A stretch of DNA of 64,000 nt from a virus, in IMG/VR virus record IMGVR_UViG_3300032315_000601, positions 6,181-70,180 of that record; one strand, given 5' to 3'. Made by a program: the position numbers and the translations under genes. The notes under the pieces were generated by a model, which saw nothing but the letters and a program-made list of their open reading frames with translations, made no database searches and was not told the origin of the DNA. This document shows positions 27,586-36,421 of the stretch, one piece after another. Every line of letters starts with the position of its first letter. Positions within the stretch are counted from its first letter, which is position 1.

Positions 27586-27950
27586 CAAGCTACGAAGTGC
27601 AGATGGTTGTATCGTTGGCTAGAGATCCTAGCTACGTACTCCCAGACTGGGCCAGTGCAGCGTCCACTCAACAATGGTTACAGACTGCTTCAAGGATGGC
27701 AGACAATGTGGGGGAAGATGGCTACCCCTGCTACCAAGAAGATCCAGATGACTGTGTCTTCCTTTTTGTGGAAGATCTGGTTGTCTTTGTCCGCGAGTAT
27801 TGTTTGTACGATGACCTGTCCCCGAACTCCGAACCCTTGACCCGATGGCTCCGGTTGTTCTTGTCCCCATCTGTTCAGATGGCCGAGTTAACACCGGAGT
27901 CATGGGGTAAAGTCTTAACCTCCAAAGTTATAGAAAAAATGAAAACCTAA
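27582..27950 (+). CDS. Hypothetical protein
   Basis: 122 aa, ATGA overlap. Confidence 0.65.
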   Translation: MTSYEVQMVVSLARDPSYVLPDWASAASTQQWLQTASRMADNVGEDGYPCYQEDPDDCVFLFVEDLVVFVREYCLYDDLSPNSEPLTRWLRLFLSPSVQMAELTPESWGKVLTSKVIEKMKT

Positions 27951-27951
27951 T

Positions 27952-28242
27952 ATGTCAGATGAAACAGAACCAGTAGATCCGGGGGCGTTGATACGCCTCT
28001 CCGTCATTCGCCTCTTCCTAGCCAACCGCTTCGAAGACTGCGAAATAGTTAAGTGTCTAGATTGCAAAACCGGGGAGACCTGTGATGTGTTGTTCATACC
28101 TGCCATGGATCCAGATGATGACATCATTTACATGACGCCAGCATTTGTGATTCCAGAACCAGATATGATCGCACAAGAAGGCAGGTACATTCCGGTTGAG
28201 ACACTGTTAAAAACCAGTCCGATGGACTTCAAGAATAACTAA
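27952..28242 (+). CDS. Hypothetical acidic protein
   Basis: 96 aa. Confidence 0.65.
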   Translation: MSDETEPVDPGALIRLSVIRLFLANRFEDCEIVKCLDCKTGETCDVLFIPAMDPDDDIIYMTPAFVIPEPDMIAQEGRYIPVETLLKTSPMDFKNN

Positions 28243-28262
28243 GTCAATCTAAACCAACAACT

Positions 28263-28424
28263 TAGAAAGGGGGTGATGCTTCCATGCTACAACATCAGAC
28301 AATAATAACGCAACCACTTCTACGACAGGCTACCTCCTTCGTAATAATGGCGCAGTTGATTACATATCCACTAGTAGCTCTCGATAGATGTCGGGGGTCG
28401 CGCATCCGGCAGAACAACACGCGA
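28263..28424 (+). ncRNA. Candidate structured RNA with SD/anti-SD, tandem stops and 3' pseudoknot
   Basis: AGAAAGGGGGTGA, ACCTCCTT, TAATAA x2, TAGTAG; stem TGTCGGG/TCCGGCA with loop TCGCG pairing CGCGA. Confidence 0.5.
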
Positions 28425-28461
28425 ACAACTAAACACTGAAACAACTAATACATATAACCAC

Positions 28462-29106
28462 ATGAATACAACATTTGCCAAAGCCGAAGACGCCGAAGCT
28501 ATCGTCGGCACACTGTCCAAACCAAGCAAGATGCCGGGTCACGCATACTCCACACCCGCAAAGTACTGCAAGACAGGCAGTAAACTACGCAAGGTAGAGG
28601 GTAGCGTATGCAGTAAGTGCTACGCCTTTAAGGGTAGGTATCCGACAGGCACGGTCCAACGAGCCATGGAGCGTAGGTTCCAATCCCTCAAGGACTCCCG
28701 CTGGGTAGATGCCATGGTCTACCTCATCGACCGCACCGGAGACGAGTACTTCCGGTGGCACGACTCGGGCGATCTACAGGGGACTTGGCACTTAGCCAAC
28801 ATTGTCGAGATAGCCAAGCGGCTACCCCACGTCCAATTCTGGATACCTACACGGGAGTATTCTGTAGTGTCCGACTACGTCAAACTGGGCAACGCGATCC
28901 CGCCCAACTTGACAGTACGCCTTTCGTCACACATGATTGACGGACCTGCTCCGGAGACCCTTGCACGCCGTCTTGGTATGCAGGTCAGCGGAGTAAGTGC
29001 AAACCCCGGCTTCACTTGCCCAGCGAGTAAGCAGGATAACAAATGCGGCGAATGCCGTGCATGCTGGGACCCAAACGTGTTCAACGTAACCTATAGAAAG
29101 CACTAA
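28462..29106 (+). CDS. GP88-like Cys-rich protein (radical SAM-related)
   Basis: LSKPSKMPG, C-x13-CSKCYA, FRWHDSGD, CPA...CGECRACW. Confidence 0.8.
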   Translation: MNTTFAKAEDAEAIVGTLSKPSKMPGHAYSTPAKYCKTGSKLRKVEGSVCSKCYAFKGRYPTGTVQRAMERRFQSLKDSRWVDAMVYLIDRTGDEYFRWHDSGDLQGTWHLANIVEIAKRLPHVQFWIPTREYSVVSDYVKLGNAIPPNLTVRLSSHMIDGPAPETLARRLGMQVSGVSANPGFTCPASKQDNKCGECRACWDPNVFNVTYRKH

Positions 29107-29107
29107 T

Positions 29108-29329
29108 ATGAAACCAGAAGATAAACGCATCATGCTTGCAGGACACGCCCTCTCGGGACTGCTCGCCTCACAGCCAGAAAATAAAGGTTGGAATGTCGAC
29201 GCTTTGTCGGTAGTCTCTTTGAAGATTGCAGACACGGTTCTCGAAATGTCCTTGCTTAACGAACTGCCAAGTTTGAAAGTCGAAGGGGGAGAAGCCGAAC
29301 CAAACCTCAGTAACGATGAGCAACCGTAA
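29108..29329 (+). CDS. Hypothetical phage protein
   Basis: AGHALSGLLA...IAD.VL motif. Confidence 0.65.
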   Translation: MKPEDKRIMLAGHALSGLLASQPENKGWNVDALSVVSLKIADTVLEMSLLNELPSLKVEGGEAEPNLSNDEQP

Positions 29330-29534
29330 CTACAAAGCCGAGTACGAAAACTACCAAGGTACGGAAGAGCAAAAGAAACGCCGCGCTGTGCGCAACGCTG
29401 CTCGACGCATGATGACGCGCAAGGGCAGAGTTCGCAAAGGAGACGGCAAAGATGTTGACCACATTAATGGTCTTCACAATGCAGCTAACAACCTCCGAGT
29501 TTTATCTAAGTCAGCCAATCGCAGTAGGCAATGA
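29316..29534 (+). CDS. Small HNH endonuclease-like protein
   Basis: RNYKAEY, GDGKDVDH, NLRVLSKSANR. Confidence 0.8.
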   Translation: MSNRNYKAEYENYQGTEEQKKRRAVRNAARRMMTRKGRVRKGDGKDVDHINGLHNAANNLRVLSKSANRSRQ

Positions 29535-29563
29535 TTCGGAAGTTGCAGTTGCAAAACTGCATC

Positions 29564-29665
29564 CTATGATAGTAGCGTGTTTGTTGGCTGTCGCTGTTGT
29601 GTTCACACTCCTGTCTGAAGGATGTGAATATTATGGTGGCAGGCCAACAGACGCCTACTTCATGG
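29564..29665 (+). ncRNA. Candidate ~100-nt G-U-rich hairpin RNA
   Basis: GTTTGTTGGC/GCCAACAGAC, CTGTCGCTGT/ATGGTGGCAG, GTGTTCACA/TGTGAATAT; upstream TTGCAG-16-TATGAT. Confidence 0.55.
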
Positions 29666-29692
29666 TCTACAGTCCCCGCTAGTTTTATTAAC

Positions 29693-30121
29693 GTGACCCT
29701 CTCACATAAACACAACGGAGCTTTGTACGAACTCGCTTTCATGGTGGAGTGTATGAAGCGAGGCTGGAAAGTCTCCATCCCTGTCGGCGAAGACACCAGA
29801 TATGATGCCATCGTCGACACTCAAAAAACACTGAGCAGGGTTCAAATTAAGTACGTTAGTAAGACTTCAAGAGGAGCTTATCGGTTCAAGACCGTCTATG
29901 GTAGGGGCCGAGTGAGAAAATCCTACAACTGGAGAGACTGCGATATTTACGCAGCCTTCATCATGCCACTCAACACTTGGTGGATAATCCCGGTAGATAA
30001 ACTAGAGACTGTTAACTTGAATTTAAGTAACAAGTATCACGAATACAATTCAGCTTGGCACCTTATTGGCAATGAAAACAAGTACACAAAGAAAAAATCT
30101 CCACAAAAAACCTCCCGTTAA
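29693..30121 (+). CDS. PD-(D/E)XK endonuclease (group I intron-associated family, free-standing)
   Basis: G...E..F......G..VS.P.G....YD.IVD...RVQIK; start uncertain (GTG). Confidence 0.78.
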   Translation: MTLSHKHNGALYELAFMVECMKRGWKVSIPVGEDTRYDAIVDTQKTLSRVQIKYVSKTSRGAYRFKTVYGRGRVRKSYNWRDCDIYAAFIMPLNTWWIIPVDKLETVNLNLSNKYHEYNSAWHLIGNENKYTKKKSPQKTSR

Positions 30122-30220
30122 CCTTGCGGTACCTATTTTAATACTTGGTTGTCTAGTTTTCTGGGTTCTTTTTTTCTGGTTAATGCACCATTTTTTGAAG
30201 ATATTCTTGGTCTTCGTCAC

Positions 30221-30511
30221 ATGAAACAGAAGATACCAACTAAACGCATAAAAATCGCAGAGCGTTGGTGGAAAGTAAAAATACAAAATCCACCCGGTAA
30301 GAATGCTTACGATGGCCTCTGCGTTCTTGACGAAAGAGTTATCTACCTACGCCCACAAGCACTTAAAAGTAGGGGCATTGAACTTGTCTGCCACGAATTA
30401 ATTCATGCTAGACTTTTTGATATAGATGAAGAAGCTGTAGAAGAAATCGGACAGCTGGCCGGGGAAGTGTGTGCTTTCGTAGCCAAACACAATGATGGAG
30501 TAATTGTTTAA
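30221..30511 (+). CDS. Small HExxH protein (putative metallopeptidase)
   Basis: DGLC, CHELIHA, DEEAVEE. Confidence 0.65.
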   Translation: MKQKIPTKRIKIAERWWKVKIQNPPGKNAYDGLCVLDERVIYLRPQALKSRGIELVCHELIHARLFDIDEEAVEEIGQLAGEVCAFVAKHNDGVIV

Positions 30512-30515
30512 ATTT

Positions 30516-30710
30516 ATGAAAAGTAAAAATACAAAACCTAAACCTAAACGTAAACCAAAACCAAAGCTAGAAATCGAAGTAGTCGATATGGCGGACTCAG
30601 AAGTTGATGTGCACTACCGTGCCTGCAGTTTTTGGGGCAGGGTACTTTTGGCGTGGCTGTTTATTAAAAAAGCTTCAGCCTCCCTCTATAAAGGGGAAGT
30701 TGTAGTCTGA
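30516..30710 (+). CDS. Hypothetical protein
   Basis: 64 aa, KP-rich N-terminus. Confidence 0.5.
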   Translation: MKSKNTKPKPKRKPKPKLEIEVVDMADSEVDVHYRACSFWGRVLLAWLFIKKASASLYKGEVVV

Positions 30711-30853
30711 TGTCTGGACCCCTCATAATCTTGGTTGGATTTATCTACGCATATGTCTCAATCGAACAAGGATGGCAGGGGAATTATGGAATGTGTCTTG
30801 CGTATGCGGGATACTCTTTCGCAAACGCAGGTCTCTTCATGCTCGCCAAGTAG
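30710..30853 (+). CDS. Small two-helix membrane protein
   Basis: MSGPLIILVGFIYAYVSIEQGWQGNYGMCLAYAGYSFANAGLFMLAK, read by hand (below track cutoff). Confidence 0.7.
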   Translation: MSGPLIILVGFIYAYVSIEQGWQGNYGMCLAYAGYSFANAGLFMLAK

Positions 30854-30854
30854 T

Positions 30855-30938
30855 ATGTTAGAGTTCGGCTTTTTTCTCATTGTCTTGTCGATAGGCGTGG
30901 CTATCGCAGTTGACGCTATTAAAAACTACCACGAGTAG
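30855..30938 (+). CDS. Small membrane peptide
   Basis: MLEFGFFLIVLSIGVAIAVDAIKNYHE. Confidence 0.5.
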   Translation: MLEFGFFLIVLSIGVAIAVDAIKNYHE

Positions 30939-30951
30939 GGGCGCGGTACCT

Positions 30952-31131
30952 ATGGAATCCAAAAGCAAAGTAAACGAAGCGGGTAATTATACAAAACCTA
31001 CCATGCGTAAACGTCTGTTCAACCGCATCAAAGCAGGTACCAAAGGCGGCGATCCGGGCGAATGGTCGGCTCGCAAAGCACAACTTCTAGCGTCAGCTTA
31101 CAAAAAATCTGGTGGCGGGTATAAAAACTAA
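30952..31131 (+). CDS. DUF5872-like N-terminal half
   Basis: YTKP, KGG.PGEWSARKAQL....YK..GGGY. Confidence 0.75.
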   Translation: MESKSKVNEAGNYTKPTMRKRLFNRIKAGTKGGDPGEWSARKAQLLASAYKKSGGGYKN

Positions 31132-31133
31132 CC

Positions 31134-31367
31134 ATGCTAAAAAAATCCCAGCAGTCTCTTAAAGACTGGACAGCCCAAGAATGGCGTACTTCCGACAGCA
31201 CACCATCCAAAGGTAAGAAACGCTACCTACCAGACGCAGCTTGGGGTGCGCTCTCCTCCGCAGAAAAGGCCGCTACCAACAGAGCCAAAGCCGAAGGCAA
31301 CCGCTCCGGTAAACAGTTTGTGAAGCAGCCCAAAAAGATTGCCGATAAAGCCTCACGCTTTAGGTAG
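31134..31367 (+). CDS. DUF5872-like C-terminal half
   Basis: QQSL.DW..QEW.T, RYLP..AW..LS..EK.ATN, GKQFV. Confidence 0.75.
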   Translation: MLKKSQQSLKDWTAQEWRTSDSTPSKGKKRYLPDAAWGALSSAEKAATNRAKAEGNRSGKQFVKQPKKIADKASRFR

Positions 31368-31371
31368 GTTC

Positions 31372-32127
31372 GTGAAAAAATCTGTTTTAATACTGGTGAT
31401 GAGTTCGAGGAGAACTCCATGGGGCGAACTCATGGATACCTCAATGGATACTTGGGACAAAGTTGAACACCCCGACACTCTTACCATGTACTACTGCGGC
31501 AACACTCCCGGTCCAGTTGGTAACAATATTTTCTACTCCAAGATCAGTGATGATCTTGATGACCTGTCTAGCCGAACCATGGAAGCCTTCGAACTAGCAC
31601 TCGCTATCCCAGATTGGGAGTACGTAGCAAGACCTAACTCCAGTTGTTACGTCCACAAAAAAAACCTAGTCGAGCACGTTCAGACCCTACCAAAACTTGG
31701 AGTGCTTAAAGCACTTGTCACGGGCAGCGAGCCGGGTGTCCGTTTTCTTTGGGGTGGCGGTCAGTTCATCTTTTCACGAGATGTCGTAGAGAAGATGGTA
31801 GCTAACAAAAACATTTGGCGAAATGACCTCATGGAAGATGTAGCCATCTCTCGCATAGCCGAAGCTCTAGACATATCTCTTGATCAAGGTGCTATGGCTT
31901 GTTCTATCAACTCCAACGACCCAAAACAGTATCACGCCAGCATAAAAAATAACGACTTCACCACCGAGTATCTTTGTTTATGTTACGGCGGCTCAAACAA
32001 CTTTCTATTCCATAATTTTTCAGACATGCGTAAAGCCGAAAAGCATTTCTTTTTCAGACTTAAGCAGGATCACAACAGAAGCCTAGATCTAACAATGATG
32101 CGGGAACTACACAAACATATTATATGA
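31372..32127 (+). CDS. Glycosyltransferase-like protein (GT31/Fringe-like)
   Basis: YVARPNSSCY, WGGGQFIFSRD, EDVAI. Confidence 0.6.
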   Translation: MKKSVLILVMSSRRTPWGELMDTSMDTWDKVEHPDTLTMYYCGNTPGPVGNNIFYSKISDDLDDLSSRTMEAFELALAIPDWEYVARPNSSCYVHKKNLVEHVQTLPKLGVLKALVTGSEPGVRFLWGGGQFIFSRDVVEKMVANKNIWRNDLMEDVAISRIAEALDISLDQGAMACSINSNDPKQYHASIKNNDFTTEYLCLCYGGSNNFLFHNFSDMRKAEKHFFFRLKQDHNRSLDLTMMRELHKHII

Positions 32128-32879
32128 TATATACTTACGACACAAAACTAGCACAGCTGCGCGATGGTTTCTATAGAACAGGAAGCGGACCCACCCGTGT
32201 ATTAATTTTAGGTTCGTGTAGGACGATGGCGTTTTTAAACTACCTGTCGCGGTGGAATAACATGAGTGATGGCGCGATGACCATATCTTACGTCAATCCT
32301 TTCGACTGGCACTGGGATTCAAACGACCAGCTAGTAGAAAGTTTTGAGAAAGCTATAGACTCATTGGAGACTGACCAACGTATCCTGTCCTTACTTGGCT
32401 CCGCTGATATCTTTATCCATGAGCACTTCGGCAACTACGGTATGTTCAATACATCTAGAGAAGCCACTAAAAATATCTACCAGTTCGGCATGAAAGCTGG
32501 GGTAGATATCTCCATACCTAACTTCCACGATCACTTTATATTCTACAATGACTTCGCTACCACGGGGACTGTGCCTGATGACTGGTCGGAGCGTGGCCTA
32601 CTGGCAATTGAAAAGTTTTGTTCTATCTGCAAGCTTTCAGATTTTCCGGACATGGCCGAGTATTTCAAAGAGAACTGGACCAAGCTTAAGATGTGCTACA
32701 CCCCAAACCACACCTCAAAATATTTCACGTTGTGGTTGATGAAGAGTATGAACGAGAAGTTCTTGCGGCTGCCACTTACTAATAAGTTCTGGGAAGCAGT
32801 CTCCGAAGAAGACATGTTCGCCAGTCCTTGTACTGAAATTACCGATTTAGACAGACAAACTTACAACCTATCGTATTAA
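32124..32879 (+). CDS. Hypothetical protein, WcbI-like polysaccharide-modifying enzyme
   Basis: ILGSCR, ADIFIHE, IPNFH, YTPNHT resemble WcbI GNCQ...NHP. Confidence 0.45.
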   Translation: MIYTYDTKLAQLRDGFYRTGSGPTRVLILGSCRTMAFLNYLSRWNNMSDGAMTISYVNPFDWHWDSNDQLVESFEKAIDSLETDQRILSLLGSADIFIHEHFGNYGMFNTSREATKNIYQFGMKAGVDISIPNFHDHFIFYNDFATTGTVPDDWSERGLLAIEKFCSICKLSDFPDMAEYFKENWTKLKMCYTPNHTSKYFTLWLMKSMNEKFLRLPLTNKFWEAVSEEDMFASPCTEITDLDRQTYNLSY

Positions 32880-32884
32880 ATCTT

Positions 32885-33436
32885 ATGCAAACACTACAAG
32901 AAATATACTCGAAACACGGGCTTGAAGGTGATGTCGGACACGCCGATAAAGGCAACCTACACTCATACATCCCCGTATACGAAGAACTGCTGAAGCCATA
33001 CCGCGAATCCGGCACCATCCTAGAGATCGGCTTGGCTTTCGGCTACTCGGTTCGGATGTGGGACGAATACTTTGGCAAGGATGCCAAGATATACGGAGCA
33101 GATATAAGTGTGGTATTCAACGTAGACGAGTTCAAAGCTCCCCGTGTCAACATACTCGAAGCCGATGCCACTAAACCGGAGATCTTGGACAAACTCGGAG
33201 ACACGAAATTTGATGTTGTGATTGATGACGGGTCTCACATGCCCTCAGATCAAGTAACGACTTTCAATTTATTGCGAAGCCGCATGAACCCCGGCGGAAT
33301 TTACATTGTCGAAGATATATTGGACTTCGACAGCGTGTCCTCCGCTTTTCGGGAGTTGCATGCCGATTGCGATACTCTAGATTTGCGTAACGTAAAGGGC
33401 CGCTTTGATGACGCCCTCATCATCCTCCGATTCTAA
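32885..33436 (+). CDS. Class I SAM-dependent (sugar O-) methyltransferase
   Basis: DK...HSY...Y, ILEIG, VIDDGSH, GGIYIVED (MycE-like). Confidence 0.85.
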   Translation: MQTLQEIYSKHGLEGDVGHADKGNLHSYIPVYEELLKPYRESGTILEIGLAFGYSVRMWDEYFGKDAKIYGADISVVFNVDEFKAPRVNILEADATKPEILDKLGDTKFDVVIDDGSHMPSDQVTTFNLLRSRMNPGGIYIVEDILDFDSVSSAFRELHADCDTLDLRNVKGRFDDALIILRF

Positions 33437-34125
33437 TGACAACAGACATAGTGATTCGATCGTATAGAGGCGACTTCTCTTGGCTACCCTATGCCCTTAG
33501 ATCAATAAACATGCGAGCCAAGGGCTTTCGCGACATACATATTATTGTACCTCAAGGGCAGAAAGATGATCTAAAACATCTGACGCTAGAAAAAATTCAC
33601 GAGTGTCCAATTTACTCCGACGATTACCTTGGGCAACAAATAACCAAGCTGATGGCAGACACCTATTCTGACGCAGACTTCATACTACACTTTGATTCAG
33701 ACACAGTGTTTACCCAAGAAGTGACACCGGAAACTTTCATAGTAGACGGTAAGACTATTCAGTACTACGAACCGTACTCCAAGTTGTCAGGATGTCCTTG
33801 GCAAACAGTAGTATCAGAAGTACTTGGTTGGGTTCCGGAGAATGAGTTCATGCGAAGGTTTCCTTTCGTGTACCCAAGGTGGGTGTACGGTCAGCTTCGT
33901 GGATTCATTGAAGAAAAATATTCCAAAACTCTAGAAGAATTTGTTTTGGAGAGACCCTACAGATCGTTCAGCGAGTTTAACGTGATCGGCGCGTATTTGT
34001 GGGCGATGCACAACGACAAATTTGAATGGAGAGACCCCCTTGGAGACCCTACCTACGTTCGTCAGTTCCGTTCTTGGGACGGCATCGAGAGCTATGTTGA
34101 AGAGATTGAGAAGTTACTCGAATGA
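33436..34125 (+). CDS. Glycosyltransferase-like protein (DUF6492-like)
   Basis: YLGQQITKL, FDSD (DxD), FSEFN.IG. Confidence 0.65.
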   Translation: MTTDIVIRSYRGDFSWLPYALRSINMRAKGFRDIHIIVPQGQKDDLKHLTLEKIHECPIYSDDYLGQQITKLMADTYSDADFILHFDSDTVFTQEVTPETFIVDGKTIQYYEPYSKLSGCPWQTVVSEVLGWVPENEFMRRFPFVYPRWVYGQLRGFIEEKYSKTLEEFVLERPYRSFSEFNVIGAYLWAMHNDKFEWRDPLGDPTYVRQFRSWDGIESYVEEIEKLLE

Positions 34126-34565
34126 AATGGGAACATAGATTCCTTGGGTTGGCCAAGCACGTAGCCCAATGGAGCAAGGATCCTAGTACCCAGTGTGGCG
34201 CAGTCATCGTACGCCCCGACAAAACAATAGCCAGCGTTGGATTCAACGGCCTTCCCCGTGGCGTGGAAGACAGCCCCGAACGGCTGTTAGACCGCGACAA
34301 AAAGCTGCAGTACACCGTACATGCCGAAGCCAACGCCATACTCACGGCGCACGAACAGCTTAAAAATTACGCTATTTATGTCTGGCCTTTCCAACCCTGT
34401 TGCCACTGTGCCGCAGCCATCATCCAATCTGGGATCAAAAAAGTTTATTGCCCCAATGCACCAGTTTCCCGATGGACAGAGTCTTTCGAAATCGCTAGAA
34501 AGATGTTCTGTGAAGCTGGTGTGTCATTGAATCTGTTAGATGATAATCTATCCAACCAACCTTAA
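34122..34565 (+). CDS. dCMP deaminase
   Basis: SKDPST..GAVIV, GFNG.P.G, HAEANAI, PCCHCA. Confidence 0.92.
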   Translation: MKWEHRFLGLAKHVAQWSKDPSTQCGAVIVRPDKTIASVGFNGLPRGVEDSPERLLDRDKKLQYTVHAEANAILTAHEQLKNYAIYVWPFQPCCHCAAAIIQSGIKKVYCPNAPVSRWTESFEIARKMFCEAGVSLNLLDDNLSNQP

Positions 34566-35088
34566 AGACGCCCTGCTAATTAATCCGAGAGTATTCGAGG
34601 ACGAGCGAGGATGCTTCTTTGAACCTTGGAACCAAGGAACCCTTGATAAACTAGGGCTGCCGCTTACCTTTGTCCAAGACAACGTAAGCTATTCCAAAAA
34701 GAATGTGTTGCGCGGCCTCCATTACCAACTCCCCAATTCCCAAGGAAAGCTGGTATCTGTGCTGAAAGGTTGTGTCTTCGATGTTATCGTGGACTTGCGT
34801 GAGTCTTCAGATACCTTTGGGGAGTGGCAAGGATTCGTGTTGTCCGAGTACAACAAGCTTATGTTGTCCGTGCCGAAAGGATTTGCCCACGGTTTTTTCA
34901 GTCTTAGTGATGATGTTATCTTCCACTACAAATGCACCAGTTACTACGACCCAATTTCCGAACATACCTTGTTGTGGAACGACAGAACCGTAGCAATAAA
35001 TTGGCCGATTCCAGATGGCATCAACCCTTTAGTTTCCTGCAAAGACAACATGGGCTATACTTTCGAGTCTTGTCCTAAATTTAAATGA
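34540..35088 (+). CDS. rmlC: dTDP-4-dehydrorhamnose 3,5-epimerase
   Basis: FEDERG.F.E, QDN.S.S, LRGLHYQ, QGKLV, GFAHGF, YKC. Confidence 0.93.
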   Translation: MIIYPTNLKDALLINPRVFEDERGCFFEPWNQGTLDKLGLPLTFVQDNVSYSKKNVLRGLHYQLPNSQGKLVSVLKGCVFDVIVDLRESSDTFGEWQGFVLSEYNKLMLSVPKGFAHGFFSLSDDVIFHYKCTSYYDPISEHTLLWNDRTVAINWPIPDGINPLVSCKDNMGYTFESCPKFK

Positions 35089-35732
35089 GTAACTACCTAA
35101 ACATCAACATACCCGTATTCTTTGCCCACCTTGACACCGGATTCCTCTACGACCTTGAACCAGACGTAAACCGAGAGAGGATCGTAGTAGAGGTGTTTAA
35201 CTTCACCTCCATCCCACAGCGGTGTGGGTTGTTTAGTGTGATGACCGAGTACGGAAGTCAACACGCCAGAGTTCCAATCCACTACCTCCACACCGAAGAT
35301 ACCGGGGGTACTGGCTACCCCTTAGACTGGGTACAACTCTGGGACACCATGAGTTACTACTGCTCCGCTGGAATCATTGAGTACTGTAAAAACCGTGCGG
35401 CGAATATCATGCTCAAAGACCGCACCCTGCACAAAGCGCAGTACATGTTTACCTTGGACTGGGCTCTTGGCCCCCAGTTTCAAAGTGGCTACGGGGAAAT
35501 GGCAGCAGGGCACAAATGTGGGCACGTATTCAAAGGCGATGGGCAGTTCTTTATCCAGCCCAACAATCGAGTCCTTTGGATGGATGGCGGGTCCTTCATT
35601 GCCAAGTCGTTCCCGAAAAAGCCCGACTGGAAAGTATTCAGTCAGGAGTTCAGTTGCGAACACACCGGAAGCCGCTGGGTCAGCGAAAGCGAGGAGGAGC
35701 TATGGTTCTACGAATTCAAGGAACAGTCCTAG
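35085..35732 (+). CDS. Conserved phage hypothetical protein
   Basis: YLN.NIP, QLWD, HKC.H, QPNNR. Confidence 0.75.
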   Translation: MSNYLNINIPVFFAHLDTGFLYDLEPDVNRERIVVEVFNFTSIPQRCGLFSVMTEYGSQHARVPIHYLHTEDTGGTGYPLDWVQLWDTMSYYCSAGIIEYCKNRAANIMLKDRTLHKAQYMFTLDWALGPQFQSGYGEMAAGHKCGHVFKGDGQFFIQPNNRVLWMDGGSFIAKSFPKKPDWKVFSQEFSCEHTGSRWVSESEEELWFYEFKEQS

Positions 35733-36328
35733 CCCTGCTTCTTCCAGCACCACTCTGGTAAACTCTCTTTTACTTCTACAGTAAGCCCTTGAGCCAAGGT
35801 TTCCTGTGGCACCCAAACTTGGGCTTTATTAACACAACCACACATTTGACAGTTACGTAATTTTAGATCGTACGAAGTTGTACGATCTCCAGTGACATTA
35901 AAAATCAGTCCCGCAATGTTGGTGCAACCCATACACCCATAAACGTCAACGTTGTAAGGACAAGTAGAACAGATACTAGCCCTGCGTTCCGCTTCCTCAG
36001 GTTCAACAAAAACAGGGTTGTTAAGAAGCCAGTGTTTGAGAACTTTAAGAAATCCTACAATGTCTTGCATACCTATGTTCCGTAACTTCAAAGGAGTTGC
36101 CTCCTCTTGCATGCAGCTAGGCTCTGACCATCCTTGTTGCTGGCAAATTTCACTACCAATGGTTTCCTCAAAGTTCGTGCCAAGAGAGATACCATTGGCA
36201 ATACGATACTTCCTAATCCGAAGAATCAAATCGTTCCAAGTAGGAGCCGTAACTACAAATCCCGTACTAGGATGAGTATATACCCACCCTCCGGTAGGTA
36301 TCACATTATTAATTTTTAACTTTAACAT
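35729..36328 (-). CDS. Cys-rich protein (DUF6171-like C-terminus)
   Basis: RASICSTCPYN, CMGC, CQMCGC; ATG 36328. Confidence 0.7.
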   Translation of the reverse strand: MLKLKINNVIPTGGWVYTHPSTGFVVTAPTWNDLILRIRKYRIANGISLGTNFEETIGSEICQQQGWSEPSCMQEEATPLKLRNIGMQDIVGFLKVLKHWLLNNPVFVEPEEAERRASICSTCPYNVDVYGCMGCTNIAGLIFNVTGDRTTSYDLKLRNCQMCGCVNKAQVWVPQETLAQGLTVEVKESLPEWCWKKQG

Positions 36329-36421
36329 ATTATGAATAACAAAGAAAAAATAGAGTTCGTGGCAGAGCAAGTTGTCGAGACCGTAGCTTTTGCGGTTATC
36401 TTACCCATACCCCTGATCTTG

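Noticed and set aside
29597-30121. Group I intron around the PD-(D/E)XK endonuclease
   Set aside because: No interrupted gene and no recognisable intron core; it appears free-standing
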